DNA from: Octopus bimaculoides
Taxonomy: Eukaryota
DNA length: 60,588 bases
NCBI RefSeq assembly: GCF_001194135.2
Contig: NC_068981.1
Location: forward strand, 30,766,230-30,826,817
Direction of reading: 5' to 3'
Shown here: positions 26,582 through 38,290 of the stretch, piece after piece
How the letters are laid out: every line of letters starts with the position of its first letter
Numbering within the stretch: the first letter of the stretch is position 1
Notes under the pieces: model-generated
The model's database searches: none
The model's input: the letters and a program-made list of their open reading frames with translations, nothing else
Told to the model about the DNA's origin: nothing
Translations under genes and position numbers: made by a program

Positions 26582-26723
26582 GTGTGTGTGTTTGTGTGTC
26601 TGTGTTTGTCGCCCTAGCATTGCTTGACAACCGATGCTGGTGTGTTTATGTCCCCGTCACTTAGCGGTTCGGCAAAGAGACAGATAGAATAAGTACTAGG
26701 CTTACAAAGAATAAGTCCCGGGG
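26362..26723 (+). mobile_element. SINE family A, near full length, cut by a gap
   Basis: Head AGGAGTGGCTGTGTGGTAAGTAGCTTGCTTACCAACC, internal (TA)/(TG) tract, ending AGAATAAGTCCCGGGG at the N run. Confidence 0.95.
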
Positions 26724-27259
26724 NNNNNNNNNNNNNNNNNNNNNNNNNNNNNNNNNNNNNNNNNNNNNNNNNNNNNNNNNNNNNNNNNNNNNNNNNNNNN
26801 NNNNNNNNNNNNNNNNNNNNNNNNNNNNNNNNNNNNNNNNNNNNNNNNNNNNNNNNNNNNNNNNNNNNNNNNNNNNNNNNNNNNNNNNNNNNNNNNNNNN
26901 NNNNNNNNNNNNNNNNNNNNNNNNNNNNNNNNNNNNNNNNNNNNNNNNNNNNNNNNNNNNNNNNNNNNNNNNNNNNNNNNNNNNNNNNNNNNNNNNNNNN
27001 NNNNNNNNNNNNNNNNNNNNNNNNNNNNNNNNNNNNNNNNNNNNNNNNNNNNNNNNNNNNNNNNNNNNNNNNNNNNNNNNNNNNNNNNNNNNNNNNNNNN
27101 NNNNNNNNNNNNNNNNNNNNNNNNNNNNNNNNNNNNNNNNNNNNNNNNNNNNNNNNNNNNNNNNNNNNNNNNNNNNNNNNNNNNNNNNNNNNNNNNNNNN
27201 NNNNNNNNNNNNNNNNNNNNNNNNNNNNNNNNNNNNNNNNNNNNNNNNNNNNNNNNNNN

Positions 27260-27541
27260 AGACACGTGTACCCTTAACGTAGTTCACGGGGATATTCAGC
27301 GTGACACAGAGTGTGACAAGGCTGACCCTTTGAATTACAGGCACAACAGAAACAGGAAGTAAGAGTGAGAGAAAGCTGTGGTGAAAGAGTACAGCAGGGT
27401 TCGCCACCATCCCCTGCCGGAGCCTCGTGGTGCTTTAGTTGTTTTCGCTCAATAAACACTCACAACGCCCGGTCTGGGAATCGAAACCGCGATCGTATGA
27501 CCGCGAGTTCGCTGCCTTAACCACTGGACCATTGCGCCTCC
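27260..27541 (-). mobile_element. SINE family B, 3' end lost in a gap
   Basis: Colinear with 25361-25730 and the reverse complement of 45969-46356. Confidence 0.95.
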
Positions 27542-28419
27542 CAAGGCAACACAACATACGATAAAAGAAAAGCTTCTACGTGCTGCTCACCCTCATATAA
27601 ATACTAGGCAAATCTCACTCCAATTACACATCGACACTATAAAAAGCAAAGGAGTATGCACAGGGCTAGATAATCCTCACAAAACTGAACGGTTATAACC
27701 GCCATGGTTTTGATGATAAACCGGCTCGATCAGTGTTGACATGGATCTAAACAACAACAACAAAAACAACAACAACAACAACAACAACGACAACAGCGAC
27801 GACAGCAACAACTATACGGGCAACAACCTCATTATTATATTTACTCTATCCCACCATCAGAGACTAATTGTATAGGAATTAGTTTGCACCATATTCCTAA
27901 TAACACCTGCTAATTTTCCTTCGAAGAATTTCTAAATTGCTACAAAGCTTTGTATCAGTATTAGAAAAAAAAATATCCAATAAAAAAAACCCCGATCGGA
28001 TGGTTTTCTTTTTCCTTGTTTAAATTTTTCCAATCGAAATATAAAAGCGATAATTCAAGTGTGAAATAGGAAACTATCTCAAACAAACAAAAAATTGTTA
28101 GTTAACTTGAAGAAAACGAATTAGAAATAGCTGGCATCAGAATTAATTATCTTCTGCAATCATTTGCTATACTGTGGCTGACAAATGAATCTGGAGGAAA
28201 AATGTAAAAGAATAAAGAAAAGTTAAACCAAACAGAAAATGCACAGAAAACATGGTCGACAAATGAATTCTTGTTGAATGAATAACACGTGTGAGACGGT
28301 AATCAATAAACTATTACTCAGCGATTTGACATTATCCATTAAAAAATAAACTTGAGAAATGTCGGAGTGAAGGTTTGTTCTTATGTATTTGCTGTTACAA
28401 GAAGGAAACACGTTCTTAC

Positions 28420-28456
28420 ATGTGTATGAGGACGTCGTGAACCTGGTTTACTTCTA
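28420..28456 (-). CDS. candidate 37-nt internal exon (EVNQVHDVLIH or RSKPGSRRPHTH)
   Basis: Acceptor ATATGTTTCAG|, donor CAT|GTAAGA, two frames open. Confidence 0.22.
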
Positions 28457-28680
28457 CTGAAACATATTTCTAACGTGTTTTGCAATTGTGTTTACCAATC
28501 TGCTGTGGAGTCAATATTTTTGTTTTTAGATTTTAAGTTTCTGTGTCATCGCGTGTCCTTAACTAGTCTGTCTGTCTGTCTGTCTGTCAGTTTGTTTCTT
28601 CTTTTTACCGACAATGCATTCCCACACACGTATCTTTGTGTGTGTGTGCATGTATGCGCACATGTATATATATATATGTA

Positions 28681-28713
<33 letters not shown>

Positions 28714-28734
28714 GGGAGAATATACAAATAATAA

Positions 28735-28860
28735 CAACAGACGAGGACAGGTGGTGTAAATAACAAAAGTATATATTAGTATGACGCTCGGGAATACGGA
28801 AAGTCTTTGACGTTTCGAGCTACGCTCTTCAACAGAAAGAATACGGAGACAAGGAGAAAA
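28735..28860. repeat. dispersed-repeat remnant, possibly a Penelope-type terminal sequence
   Basis: GACGTTTCGAGCTACGCTCTTCAACAGA is the reverse complement of a CTG.TGAAGAG...CGAAACGTC motif typical of Penelope-like ends. Confidence 0.3.
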
Positions 28861-28944
28861 ACATGTATATATATATATGTATATATGTATATATATATAT
28901 ATATATATACATATATACATATATATATATACATATATATACAT

Positions 28945-28997
<53 letters not shown>

Positions 28998-29175
28998 CAC
29001 ACACAAATATATGTATGTTTATGCACACACACACACATTAACACACACACACATATGTACATACATCTAAAAGTATCACTCATGTTTCTGTGTGTGTATA
29101 TGTATACGAATAACTCAGTCTATCTATTTATCTATCTATCAATAGATGCTTATATGTAAGTGTATAGACACACAT

Positions 29176-29240
<65 letters not shown>

Positions 29241-29250
29241 NNNNNNNNNN

Positions 29251-29315
<65 letters not shown>

Positions 29316-29952
29316 GGTGGAAATCTATCTTTCCTCAGAGGATGCAAAATATCTGTACCATATAGCAAAAAGGATTTGACATAATTTGCTAAACCCGTAT
29401 AACTTTGGCCTTCTTATGACAATAATATCCTTAAACGACATGGCTTATATCTCTGCGGTTTATCTGACCAATTTCTAATCTTCTTAGACTTTCATCAGAG
29501 GAAGAATGTATTGAAATATTCTGTAGCAGAGCACACTTGGCTAGATTCTATAGATATATTATGAGATACAGCATACCAGTGAAACAATATATTGTTGTTT
29601 AACTGCAAGATATATTTTACTGAGTGCAATATAGATTATATAATACAATAAGTCAATGCAGCATTGACTAAATTATTTATCTGAATATATTTGCTAGATT
29701 TATTTAGAAACAGCGTAAAGCACTGAAGCAAAACTATTAGGTAATATTTGTATTAGCCTGGATATTGGTTAAGAAGCACATTTTGCAACTATGTGTTTCG
29801 GGCTCAGCCCCAATGCGTGACAGCTTGGACAAATGTCTTCCACTATATCTTTGGACAACTAATTCTTTGTGAGTGAGTTTGGTAGGGGAAAACTACGTGA
29901 AACTCGGCCGGATATATATATATATATATATATAGATAGATAGATACAACCA

Positions 29953-30180
29953 ATAGCTAGTTGTAAAATCTCAAGAAGAGAGAGTAGTAACTATAATAAA
30001 CTCAGTAAAGTCAGTTGCCACATCAAAGTGGCTGTTGAATGTAACTACTAGTTTAACCCCAGGCAGATTCTTTGCCGGCTGGTTATCGGTGCGACACTGC
30101 ACCCAATTGATATGGCGACCGACTTTACTGTTTCGTATAGTAACTACTCTGTCTCTTCTTGAGATTTTACAACTAGCTAT
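29953..30180. mobile_element. MITE-like element with perfect 29-bp terminal inverted repeats
   Basis: ATAGCTAGTTGTAAAATCTCAAGAAGAGA (29953-29981) and its exact reverse complement (30152-30180). Same family as 8959-9362 but internally deleted. Confidence 0.85.
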
Positions 30181-31403
30181 AGTGACCGATGGTCACTTTG
30201 TTTACAATATATTATTAGGGGTCGCGGATTGTAACTATCGCTCTGGCATGCAGGTGCTCGCGACTAAAAATGGGCCAAATAGCTCGAAACTGAATCAGTC
30301 TCGCGATCCCGCTACCTGATAGAGGGCGGTAGGTGTTCGCTCCCCCTGCTAGCAATATGTTGTACATAAAGGGTGCAGAGTGTTGCATCGATAACCGGCT
30401 TCTGACAGCTGAACGTGGAACTTCTTGCCCCGACAAGAGCGTCATCTTAAAGCCAACTTTCACAGCCTGAGACACATCCTGGACATCGTGTTGTCTGACT
30501 AAACCCACTAACAATGAGAGTTTGTCTCACACCCAAAAGCCAAACCAACTCCAACAGACATTCCCCTGCAAATGTGCAGGCTAAGTATCAGCCGCATTAA
30601 TGCCAACAATCTAGTATAGACAGTTTTCAGAATTGCATTATTGATGAATAAAAAGAGAAGGGGCATTGATGATAATAGCTGGGAGTCAGTTTTAGTACAA
30701 AACATTTTTATCAAAGCTGTATGTTAAGCGACAAGAATGCACAATGTTATATTGTCATTACAACAATTTTATATGACTTCGAAGAGGCCGAGCAATCCTT
30801 ATGAAAAATGTTAGGATGCTCGAATCTGGTAGAACGAAATAAAGAATTTATTCAAGCTTAAATGGTTTCAACAGAATTGACTTTGTTTATAATATCTGCG
30901 TTAAACCGATCAACGAATTAAATACAGCGACCAAGTACAGGAGCCCGGAACTGAACCAAAATTCGTTAATAACATTACCTTTCCTGCACTCATTTCCAGA
31001 CTCATGGAGGGACATAATGATAGCTAACACATTTGCAAACAGCTGAGCGTTGCTATCGCACCTTGTTCCTGTAAACTATTTCTTCAACTGACATTTATTT
31101 TACAAATGAGTGGCTTACTGCTACGAGGGTACAAACCACTTCCCATTCAACCGAGTCAGATTAACTCAAGACTATTCTTGGATCAATAAAATACACATTA
31201 TCGAAGGTATTTTATCTGTAAGAAGACAGAGGACTTTATTATTCAATGTGGACTGTATTATTTGTTAAAAAGTGTAATTTTCGAGAGTTTGGCTGCTATT
31301 TCAAGCACATCAAGCGATGGCTTAGAGATCCTCGTTAGTGAACTCAGATATTTAAAGACTAGGTGGACTTTTCTATTCCTTAACAGCAATCGTGGACTTT
31401 TAC

Positions 31404-31424
31404 CGTTTCTGCCACTTCGTCGGT
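31404..31424 (-). CDS. candidate 21-nt micro-exon
   Basis: Acceptor TTTTCTTTACTTATTTAATTTAG|, donor ACG|GTAAAA, all frames open. Confidence 0.18.
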
Positions 31425-32238
31425 CTAAATTAAATAAGTAAAGAAAATTAATTAAATTCATAAAGAGTATAAAATAAACAATAAATAAATAAATAAATAA
31501 ATAAATAAGTCACTCGCATTCACAGAATCATAATAATCAAACAACAGCAACAACAACAAAAGCGAAAACAACGACAAAAGCAAAGCGTATGAGATGCAAT
31601 AACAACAATAATAACAAGAACAGAAACAATGTTACAAGCTCCATTACAACCACCCCCACCACAACCAACCACCACAACCACCAGCACCAGCACCGCCGCC
31701 ACCACCACCACCACCACCACCACCACCNNNNNNNNNNNNNNNNNNNNNNNNNNNNNNNNNNNNNNNNNNNNNNNNNNNNNNNNNNNNNNNNNNNNNNNNN
31801 NNNNNNNNNNNNNNNNNNNNNNNNNNNNNNNNNNNNNNNNNNNNNNNNNNNNNNNNNNNNNNNNNNNNNNNNNNNNNNNNNNNNNNNNNNNNNNNNNNNN
31901 NNNNNNNNNNNNNNNNNNNNNNNNNNNNNNNNNNNNNNNNNNNNNNNNNNNNNNNNNNNNNNNNNNNNNNNNNNNNNNNNNNNNNNNNNNNNNNNCGACA
32001 ATGGGAAATAATGACAACATACGCATCGCATAGATAGACAAACAACAAAAGAACAGGAACTGAAAACAAGTAAAAAAAAATATAGTTTGAAACAAAAAAA
32101 AAGTTTAAAAAAAAAACAAGAAAAATCTTATGAAGAATGGCATCTTGCGTCTAAGTAAATGAAAGAAGCTGATTAAAATACACACACATACACAGACATG
32201 CATGTAGGTATAGATATGTGTGAGAGAGAGAGAGAGAG

Positions 32239-32282
<44 letters not shown>

Positions 32283-32378
32283 GATACATAGATTGAAATA
32301 CGCATATTGGTGCGATTGAATACATACGTTCATATATGTATGTACGAATGTATGTATGCATGTATGTATGCATGTATG

Positions 32379-32433
<55 letters not shown>

Positions 32434-33077
32434 NNNNNNNNNNNNNNNNNNNNNNNNNNNNNNNNNNNNNNNNNNNNNNNNNNNNNNNNNNNNNNNNNNN
32501 NNNNNNNNNNNNNNNNNNNNNNNNNNNNNNNNNNNNNNNNNNNNNNNNNNNNNNNNNNNNNNNNNNNNNNNNNNNNNNNNNNNNNNNNNNNNNNNNNNNN
32601 NNNNNNNNNNNNNNNNNNNNNNNNNNNNNNNNNNNNNNNNNNNNNNNNNNNNNNNNNNNNNNNNNNNNNNNNNNNNNNNNNNNNNNNNNNNNNNNNNNNN
32701 NNNNNNNNNNNNNNNNNNNNNNNNNNNNNNNNNNNNNNNNNNNNNNNNNNNNNNNNNNNNNNNNNNNNNNNNNNNNNNNNNNNNNNNNNNNNNNNNNNNN
32801 NNNNNNNNNNNNNNNNNNNNNNNNNNNNNNNNNNNNNNNNNNNNNNNNNNNNNNNNNNNNNNNNNNNNNNNNNNNNNNNNNNNNNNNNNNNNNNNNNNNN
32901 NNNNNNNNNNNNNNNNNNNNNNNNNNNNNNNNNNNNNNNNNNNNNNNNNNNNNNNNNNNNNNNNNNNNNNNNNNNNNNNNNNNNNNNNNNNNNNNNNNNN
33001 NNNNNNNNNNNNNNNNNNNNNNNNNNNNNNNNNNNNNNNNNNNNNNNNNNNNNNNNNNNNNNNNNNNNNNNNNNNNN

Positions 33078-33149
<72 letters not shown>

Positions 33150-34216
33150 GCGAGACATACGTACTGAGAGAAAAGCGGGTGTGAAAGTGTGTAAGAGAAG
33201 CGGATGGCTAAATACTGGGGAAAACGGAGTGATAGAGAGAAATAAGAAGAGAGAAGGGGGGCAGAGAAAGATAGAGAGAAAGGGAGATAATGAGATAGAT
33301 AGGTAGAGAGAAAGAGAGAGAGAGAGAGAGGGGGAAGAGAACGTTTGACGGAGAAAATGAATAAAATGCGACAAAGAAAGAAGTGGGAGGAAACGTGAAA
33401 GAAAGAGATCGTGAGAAGAGAGGGTGATTAAGAGAGCGTGTGAAATATATAGAGAGGGAAATGAAGAGAGAAAGACAGAGAGAGAGGGCGAGAGAGGGGA
33501 TGAATATAAAAGAAAGGTAGAGTGTAGATGGGGAGTGGTGACAGTGATACCGAGCTGAGGTATGTCGACGGGAAAGTTACAGTGGGGAGGGGGATGAGGA
33601 AAGAATACAGAAGTTGAGTGGAGGTAGGGGGGGGGCTGCATGTAATACAGACTATATAACAACAATAACAACATTAGCGACAACAGCTACAACAAACTCA
33701 GCTGATGCCATCAGTCATTCGAGAAGCAACAGTAAAATAAAAAAACAAAAACAAAAAACCAAGCAACAGCTTTTTTTGCAACACCAAGCAACTCGAGGAG
33801 ACGAAAGCCGCCGCTACATGATTGCTCAATCTGCTAGAAATAGCAGCTAAGTATTTCGCTCTCTCTCTCTCCCGTATTACAAACGAAGGCCTGAATAAAA
33901 AAAAAAAAAGCAGCGATGGTCACAATCGGAATGTCTTTTGGTCATAGATTTGTTTAATCAAAGTTGACTTGAGGACCAGATAAGAGTATCAACAAACAAT
34001 AAACACAAGCTCAAAACTGAAATTCTTCCACAGCAAATGCTACGGAATGTGTGGTTAAAGATTTTACTTTGCAACGACATGGTTTCGGTTTCAGTCCCAC
34101 TGTGCGCAACACTTTGAGCAAGCGTCTTCCGCTGTAACCCCGGGGCCGATCAATGCCATGTTATTGTTGTTGGTTGACAAAAACTGTGTAGTAGCACGCC
34201 GTAAATAAATAAATAA

Positions 34217-34245
<29 letters not shown>

Positions 34246-34247
<2 letters not shown>

Positions 34248-34503
34248 CTCTTTACTCTTTTACTTGTTTCAGTCATTTGACTGCGGCCATGCTGGAGCAC
34301 AGCCTTTTAGTCGAGCAAATCGACCCCAGGACTTATTCTTTGGAAGCCTAGTACTTATTCTCGACCCCAGTACGGAACTGGTACTTAATTTATCGACCCC
34401 GAAAGGATGAAAGGCAAAGTCGACCTCGGCGGAATTTGAACTCAGACGAAATACCGCTAAGCATTTGGCCCGGCGTGCTAACGTTTCTGCCCGCTCGCCG
34501 CCT
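34246..34503 (-). mobile_element. chimeric SINE: family C head joined to family A tail
   Basis: 34503-34365 reads as the family C tRNA head (GGCGGCGAGCGGGCAGAAACGTTAGCACGCCGGG...GAGTTCAAATTCCGCCGAGG). 34365-34246 reads as the family A 3' end (GAATAAGTACTAGGCTTCCAAAG...GTAAAAGAGTAAA). Confidence 0.85.
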
Positions 34504-34959
34504 CAAAGGATAAAAGAATAAACAACGAATACTAACGAGCGAACCTCTGCGTTGTCGTTCGACCCGTTAGAGAAAGCAGCTACAACTAACTGCCTCACTT
34601 CAAAACCCTGTATTTAAACATTAGATTTTAAAGGCCACTTAACAGCGTAGTCCGTAGTAAAACTATCCGAAAAACAAAGGAACACCTATCTATGGATATA
34701 AAGTCTTCCCAGCCATGACCGACATGCTACTAAACAACAACAATAACAATGACAAAGCAGCCACAACAACAACAAAAATACAAGTGATTACAACAATAAC
34801 AACTGACTGACGTCAACACCATCAACACCTTTACCAGAAGTGGCAGTTGTAGTAGCAAAAGCGGCAACGACAATATTCGTAATAAACTTTCTACTATTGA
34901 CACAAGTCCTGAAATTTGTGGGAAAGGCTTTAGTCGATTATATTGATCCCATTGCTTAA

Positions 34960-35340
34960 CCGGCACTTATTTCGTCGGTCGGCTCCGAGTGGATGAAAGG
35001 CAAAGACGACCTCGGCGGAATTTGAACTCATAAACGAAATGCCGTTGAACGTTTTTGTTCGGCGCACTAACGATTCTGCAAACTCTCACCCTTACCAATA
35101 CTCATAAAAATAATTTCAAATTTTGGCAAAAGACTAGCAATTGTAGGGTGAGACGGTTAATCGATTACACAGATCCTCTTATTTGACTGGTACTTTATTT
35201 TATCGTCTGCGAAACGACGAAAGGCAAAATTAAAATCGGTGGGATTTGAATTCAAGAATGTAAAGAACCGGAAGGAAAACTGCTAAGCATTTTCTTCGAC
35301 GCACTAACGATCGTACCAGTACCATCTCACCGCCTTAGCA
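34960..35340 (-). mobile_element. two diverged SINE family C remnants
   Basis: GGATGAAAGGCAAAGACGACCTCGGCGGAATTTGAACTC and GACTGGTACTTTATTTTATCG...GGATTTGAATTCAAG. Confidence 0.75.
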
Positions 35341-35444
35341 ATACCAGTAATAAAAGGATATTTGTGAGTTGCTATACTTGTTACGCTGTTACACTTCAGC
35401 TTGTTAGAAATAGTATGAGGAATGAGCTTGTTAAAAATAGCATG

Positions 35445-35582
35445 GGGAATGTGAACCCAGGTTCGAAATTTCCCCCAAGACACCTGAAGACGGCTGGAGG
35501 GTATATCAGTCGAAACGCTGTGTTAACAACAAACAAGATGAGGACAAATATCCGTCGAATGTAAATAATGTAAATAATGTAT
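35445..35582. repeat. dispersed-repeat remnant, Penelope-like terminus
   Basis: CACCTGAAGACGGCTGGAGGGTATATCAGTCGAAACGCTGTG...GTAAATAATGTAAATAATG. Confidence 0.4.
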
Positions 35583-35605
35583 CTGATGTACCTTTTCTTT
35601 TTTAA

Positions 35606-35900
35606 GTGCAGGAATGGCTGTGTGGTAAGAAGCTTGCTTCCTTACCACATAGTTATGGGTTCAGTCCCACTGCATGATATCTTCGGCGCGAGACTTCTAC
35701 TATAGCTGTTTGTCCGCCCTTACTGCGTAACAACCGGGGTTGATGTGTTTACATCTCCGTAACTTAGCAGTTCAGCAAAAGAGACCGATAAAATAAGTAT
35801 CAGGCTTTAAAGAAAAAAATAATGAGGCCGATTCCTTCAACTAAAATTCTTCAATGTTGTGCTCCAGCATAGCTGCAGTCTGATGCCCGAAACAAATAAG
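35606..35900 (+). mobile_element. SINE family A, diverged and internally deleted
   Basis: Head GCAGGAATGGCTGTGTGGTAAG and tail GCTCCAGCATAGCTGCAGTC. Confidence 0.85.
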
Positions 35901-35958
35901 TGAAAAAATACAGGACGGCATGGTGTGATTTGCGGAAAATCTTGTTTGCTATTTTTAC

Positions 35959-36017
35959 CTGACAAAGCGAGCGGAAATATTCTCTCGTTGATCTTTAGAG
36001 TCACTTTGAGAATGTGA
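35959..36017 (-). CDS. candidate 59-nt internal exon (SHSQSDSKDQRENISARFV or HILKVTLKINERIFPLALS)
   Basis: Acceptor TTTCATTCACATCTGTTCAG|, donor CAG|GTAAAA, two frames open. Confidence 0.22.
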
Positions 36018-36337
36018 CTGAACAGATGTGAATGAAATCTCGCAATATCAAACAAGACTCAGTGGTCTGGGGTTGTGTACGTTGTGAGAATATGTCTGGC
36101 TTATGAAGGACAATGCTGTTCTCTACATCACTTTTCGTTTTATTGCAGTTTCATTCTATTAACAATCAGCGCGGCTCAAGAAACATCAATTATAAATATA
36201 CACTTCTTATTTCGCTTTAACTTGTTTCAGTAATGAAACTGTGGCCATGCTGGGGCATTGCCCTGTATTTTAAGTCTGGTACTTGTTCGATCGACTTCTA
36301 CCGTTTGCTGAAACATTATGTCAAGAGAACTTAAGCG

Positions 36338-36382
<45 letters not shown>

Positions 36383-37938
36383 GAAATCTAACCGCACGTG
36401 GGTTGGCGATTTTTCCTTATATTTCCTTCTTTCTCTTTTGACGTTTCTCTTTCCGACAAAGAGCTCTGCTCAAAAAGTTAACAACTCTCTCCTTTCACTG
36501 AGTGTCAAATTAACGTGCCTCTTGTATACTTCCTCAGGTTTTTTTTTTCTTGTCTTTTCTGTTTTAATTGTTTGCTCTTTCAATTGACTATTTACTGCAC
36601 GCTCGCATGGACCGTCCCTGTCCTTCCGATTATTTTGGAGTACCTGATTCATAGACTCCTCTCTACTATTGGTTCACGTCACGTTGTAACTCATTTCGAG
36701 TACCTCATTTCCGCACATTTGATATTATATATATAGATGTGTGAGCGTGTGTGTGTGTGTGCGTGTATATACATACACGCTAGACTAAATTTTGTTTCAA
36801 AAACACAGAGTACAGGTATTTTTCGAAGATAAACCAATGTACATAAAAGAATGCAATTAACTAAATAAAAGACTTCTTATACCTCTAGTAATGGTATAAC
36901 CATCAGCTTCTCTAATGTTCTTTACTAAATATAGAACTATTTGGCTATAAAGAAGAGAAACCAAACTTCTCGACTAAATATTATACTTTGCTGCCAAGTT
37001 TATTTAACTTACGTGATGTATGGAGAAGTAGCTTAGACCTAAAATAATTGCCCACTTTGAAGGCAGCTATCAATGATTATAATCATTAATGGTTGCCCAT
37101 GATGGTTATAAAAGTATTAATGTAGTCTTAGGTGTATGATATTAGCTGCAAAGTCAAAATATTATTTGGGAACGGTTTGTTAAAATATCTTAGAGCCTAA
37201 GTGGTTCAAATATTTTGCTACGCAGGGAATTTAAATCCTATCGTAGCATTCTTCTGAGATTCAATAAAATAAATACCAGGATGTCCTAGATTCAATTCAA
37301 TCGGCTTGTAGTCGTGTGCTAATGTCAGAAACTACTGCAAACGAACATTTATTATCGGAGTCTAGGAACAGATAATTGAAGCAAAAAATTTCTGTGTCGT
37401 ACGGATACTATTACACAAACGTGATTTGTGTAAAGCTTATTTTTTTTTTATCAAATGCACATGAGAAAGCTTCTTAATGGAGCCTATACACTTTCAGGAA
37501 ACGAAATTGAATAAAATGAAAACTTGAGATTATTTAATTGAGAAACTATTTAATTAAAAGAATTGAAACTAAAATAAATGGTTTCGTTTCGGCAGATAAT
37601 GATTGTATCAATTTATCCGAGTTTGTAATTTAATTGATTTAATTAAAGTGCCTATGAAATTGGTGTGATTTCCTGAACATTGATTAAAGATCGATAATTT
37701 AACATTCAATAAGTTACAAATAATTCTTCACTATTTTTTTTCTATTCTAAAGTTTGATTACAATTATGTTGTCGAAAGTGACTTTATTTGAAAACTACAA
37801 CTTAATGTAGTTTCTAATGTATTTGAGTGCGTTTGAGTATCAGAACCTTTGGCTAAGAATTTAGTTAGAATCCAATCCCAGGTGTTTTCAGTTACCCGTC
37901 ATTAGTTCAGACCTCCCTTATCAATATGCACATATACA

Positions 37939-37970
<32 letters not shown>

Positions 37971-38039
37971 AATGTATCATATGAACGCACTGTGAGTAAA
38001 GACGGAGTGACCCGAGAATATTACACCAGACTTAGGACA

Positions 38040-38290
38040 ACAAAACAGTATCCCACAATGCATTTGTAGTACCAGTGCTGATCCCAGCGTTTGGGATACT
38101 TGATCTGTCTGAGGAAATCCACTCCATAGACATCAAAACCCGCAAAATCCTGACAACAACTGGGAACTTCCACAGAAACAGTGATGTTGACATGCTCTAC
38201 CTAAGAAGAAACGAATGTGTTAGAAGCCTGAGATCAGTGCAGACGGTGTTCGAATGCGTATGGTATCACACAAACAGCACCTGCTAAAAA
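38040..38290 (+). mobile_element. R4/Dong-like LINE fragment (post-RT region)
   Basis: AFVVPVLIPAFGILDLSEEIHSIDIKTRKILTTTGNFHRNSDVDMLYLRRNE matches the AVPVL..SFG...ID.KTRK.L....FH.NSDVDRLY..R.EGGRGL block of RLE-type LINEs. Confidence 0.85.

Noticed and set aside
31118-31215. Minus-strand cassette with a strong acceptor (CTGTCTTCTTACAG) and donor (GTAAGC)
   Set aside because: All three frames contain stops. The opposite-strand frame (AYCYEGTNHFPFNRV...) has only a poor acceptor.
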